DNA of 9,717 bases from a virus (taxonomy: Duplodnaviria; Heunggongvirae; Uroviricota; Caudoviricetes), in the IMG/VR virus record IMGVR_UViG_2695420646_000016. One strand, written 5' to 3'. The notes beneath the pieces were generated by a model that made no database searches, was not told the DNA's origin, and saw only the letters and a list, made by a program, of their open reading frames with translations. The stretch's first letter is position 1. Each line of letters begins with the position of its first letter. Both the position numbers and the translations under genes were made by a program. Below are positions 8,449 to 9,717 of this stretch, in pieces.

Positions 8449-9117
8449 CTATTTTTTCCCTGAAGCGGAAAACATTACTACAGTACCTTGAACCTTGGTT
8501 TTAACATTCTCGAAATGCTCTGAGAGTATATGTGTTAAGCCTTCTTCGGAATCTTTTGTGTTTGAAAAGATGCCTTTCTGATTGTAAATGCGCATCAGTT
8601 TTTGACCGAAGCTATTGTGCACAACTCCATCGCCAAGAATTGTGGCTCCGTATAGAGTTCCATCGTCAGTTAAGGCCTGCGCCGCATTGCGTATTACACA
8701 GCTTTTTGTAGATATATTTCCAGGCAGGCAGTGAAGAAGGTAAAACATGGAAATGGAATCAAATTGACCATGTAACGCCGCGGGATAAGGTTCAAAAACA
8801 TCATGGCTAATTTTATGTTTAATTTTTGATTCCCCAGCCCTTGTAGATGCCGCGTTCAGGCTAGCTTCGTTCAAATCCATTAAAGATATCAGACTACTCT
8901 CAGGTACGTGAGTAAGGTAAAACCCAGTTCCAACACCAATATCCAGATGGTTGTTACCTACATGTTCCAGAAAGTGTGGAAGAAGGTGTTCCTTTGTAGG
9001 ACATCCCCATGCAAGCCGATTTGATACTCCCAAAACCCACCAGTCATAAAGCTTTAGGGTAAGTGGTGTGTAAATTTTAGCCCCATCATCTGTGTTTTTT
9101 TTCATTGATTTCACCAT
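8449..9117 (-). CDS. Class I (Rossmann-fold) SAM-dependent methyltransferase, substrate unknown; AT-rich moron
   Basis: 222-aa ORF with stop TAG at 8449-8451. SAM-binding motif I LDIGVGTGF (hh-D-h-G-x-G-x-G), acidic post-I residue in ISLMDLNE, motif II-like QFDSISMFYLLHCLP, motif III-like LTDDGTLYG. About 38% GC versus about 55-65% in the tail genes. The start may be the second Met (9105), which has a GGTGA SD 5 nt upstream; Met at 9117 has none. Confidence 0.75.
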   Translation of the reverse strand: MVKSMKKNTDDGAKIYTPLTLKLYDWWVLGVSNRLAWGCPTKEHLLPHFLEHVGNNHLDIGVGTGFYLTHVPESSLISLMDLNEASLNAASTRAGESKIKHKISHDVFEPYPAALHGQFDSISMFYLLHCLPGNISTKSCVIRNAAQALTDDGTLYGATILGDGVVHNSFGQKLMRIYNQKGIFSNTKDSEEGLTHILSEHFENVKTKVQGTVVMFSASGKK

Positions 9118-9282
9118 GTTATAGTTTTATTTGTGAATTAAATCAATTATGGCGATGAATTACAAGGGGTTAAATGCTGCCGCAGCATAGCGATATTGAA
9201 ATAGCCTGGTATGCTTCGATACAGCAGGAGCCGAATGGCTGGAAGACCGTCACCACACAGTTCTACATCCAGGAATTCAGTG

Positions 9283-9432
9283 CCACTGCAGGATGCTGTA
9301 GATCTGGAAATCGCAACGGAGGAAGAAAGATCGTTGCTGGAGGCATGGAATAAATATCGGGTATTGTTGAATCGTGTTGATACATCAACTGCACCTGATA
9401 TTGAGTGGCCTGCAAATCCTGTCAGGGAGTAA
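9283..9432 (+). pseudogene. Tail fibre assembly protein C-terminal fragment (tfa remnant), direct-repeat copy B
   Basis: Encodes ...[49 protein letters not shown], matching the last ~49 aa of the Tfa at 7810-8394. No Tfa N-terminal domain; the upstream part of track ORF 9211..9432 has no Tfa similarity. Same stop context gagtaatcattggg. Confidence 0.75.
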
Positions 9433-9480
9433 TCATTGGGATTATGCCGCAGACACGTCGTATGCAGGAACGTGCTGCGG
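9283..9480 (+). repeat. Direct repeat copy B: tfa 3' end plus degenerate copy of the hairpin
   Basis: Aligns to 8245-8441. The hairpin arms are imperfect here (ccgcagacacgtcg ... aacgtgctgcgg). Confidence 0.85.
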
Positions 9481-9546
9481 CTAGTTTGTGAGCTTTCGAT
9501 AGTGGTTGTTATTTTTGCCCTTATTTGTTCCGGAGGCCATGGTTCA

Positions 9547-9717
9547 ATGGTCCGTCTGCCCCCTGTGGTGATGTCAGCAAAATCAGCCACTGCGCGAACC
9601 ACAATAGCCCGGGAAGATGCTGAAGATCACCAGGTAAAGCTATCAGCGCAGAAACTGGAAGAACTGCTCGCATCAATGGTTAAGGATGAGGTTGATCGCA
9701 ATGATGGGATTTATTGA
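9547..9717 (+). CDS. Hypothetical small protein, 56 aa, function unknown
   Basis: ATG at 9547 preceded by a strong SD GGAGG (9532-9536). Translates as MVRLPPVVMSAKSATARTTIAREDAEDHQVKLSAQKLEELLASMVKDEVDRNDGIY, stop TGA at 9715-9717. Charged, probably helical C-terminal half. I cannot place it in a family from memory. The track's longer 9436 start lies inside repeat copy B and lacks an SD. Confidence 0.4.
   Translation: MVRLPPVVMSAKSATARTTIAREDAEDHQVKLSAQKLEELLASMVKDEVDRNDGIY

Noticed and set aside
8245-9480. Invertible tail-fibre switch (Mu G-segment or e14 P-segment type) formed by the two tfa 3' ends
   Set aside because: The two tfa-end copies are in direct, not inverted, orientation. The enclosed gene is a methyltransferase, not an alternative fibre C-terminus, and no recombinase gene is in the window. 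Only the weak hix-like core listed in findings remains as a caveat.
9436-9546. Longer 93-aa version of the last ORF starting at ATG 9436
   Set aside because: That ATG lies inside direct-repeat copy B; the equivalent ATG in copy A (8406) opens only a short ORF. There is no SD, whereas the internal ATG at 9547 has a GGAGG at ideal spacing. The N-terminal extension is Cys/Arg-rich and likely non-coding.
9147-9602. 151-aa minus-strand ORF spanning the tfa remnant and the start of the 56-aa ORF
   Set aside because: Antisense to the conserved tfa repeat (so its sequence is dictated by that repeat), no convincing RBS, and it overlaps the better-supported + strand features.
8395-9717. Expectation that lambda b-region genes (ea47/ea31/ea59) follow tfa
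   Set aside because: The minus-strand gene after tfa is a 222-aa Rossmann-fold methyltransferase, not the ~410-aa ea47. This phage carries different cargo at that position.

Overview
This window is the distal tail-fibre end of a lambda-like (lambdoid) phage or prophage, almost certainly from an Escherichia/Shigella-type host. On the + strand it carries five tightly packed genes in the canonical lambda order: tail assembly protein I (5' end just outside the window), host-specificity protein J, outer-membrane protein Lom, side tail fibre Stf, and tail fibre assembly protein Tfa. I recognise the protein sequences of I, J (N-terminal ~1000 aa), Lom, the Stf N-terminus and Tfa as near-identical to phage lambda from memory; this is not a database result. 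The conserved block stops at 8394. The remaining 1.3 kb is accessory and is the best candidate for anything new: an AT-rich (about 38% GC) minus-strand gene for a small class I SAM-dependent methyltransferase, bracketed by two diverged direct copies (~197 bp, ~90% identical) of the tfa 3' end plus a hairpin, followed by a 56-aa ORF of unknown function that ends exactly at the window edge. Inside the structural genes, J has a distinct, more AT-rich C-terminal region, and Stf is a four-module mosaic: a lambda-like N-terminus, an Ala/Ser-rich low-complexity shaft, three tandem 132-bp repeats, and a His-x-His-rich distal domain. No tRNA, rRNA, CRISPR array, integrase or transposase is visible. All other ORFs in the six-frame track are antisense or out-of-frame shadows of these genes.
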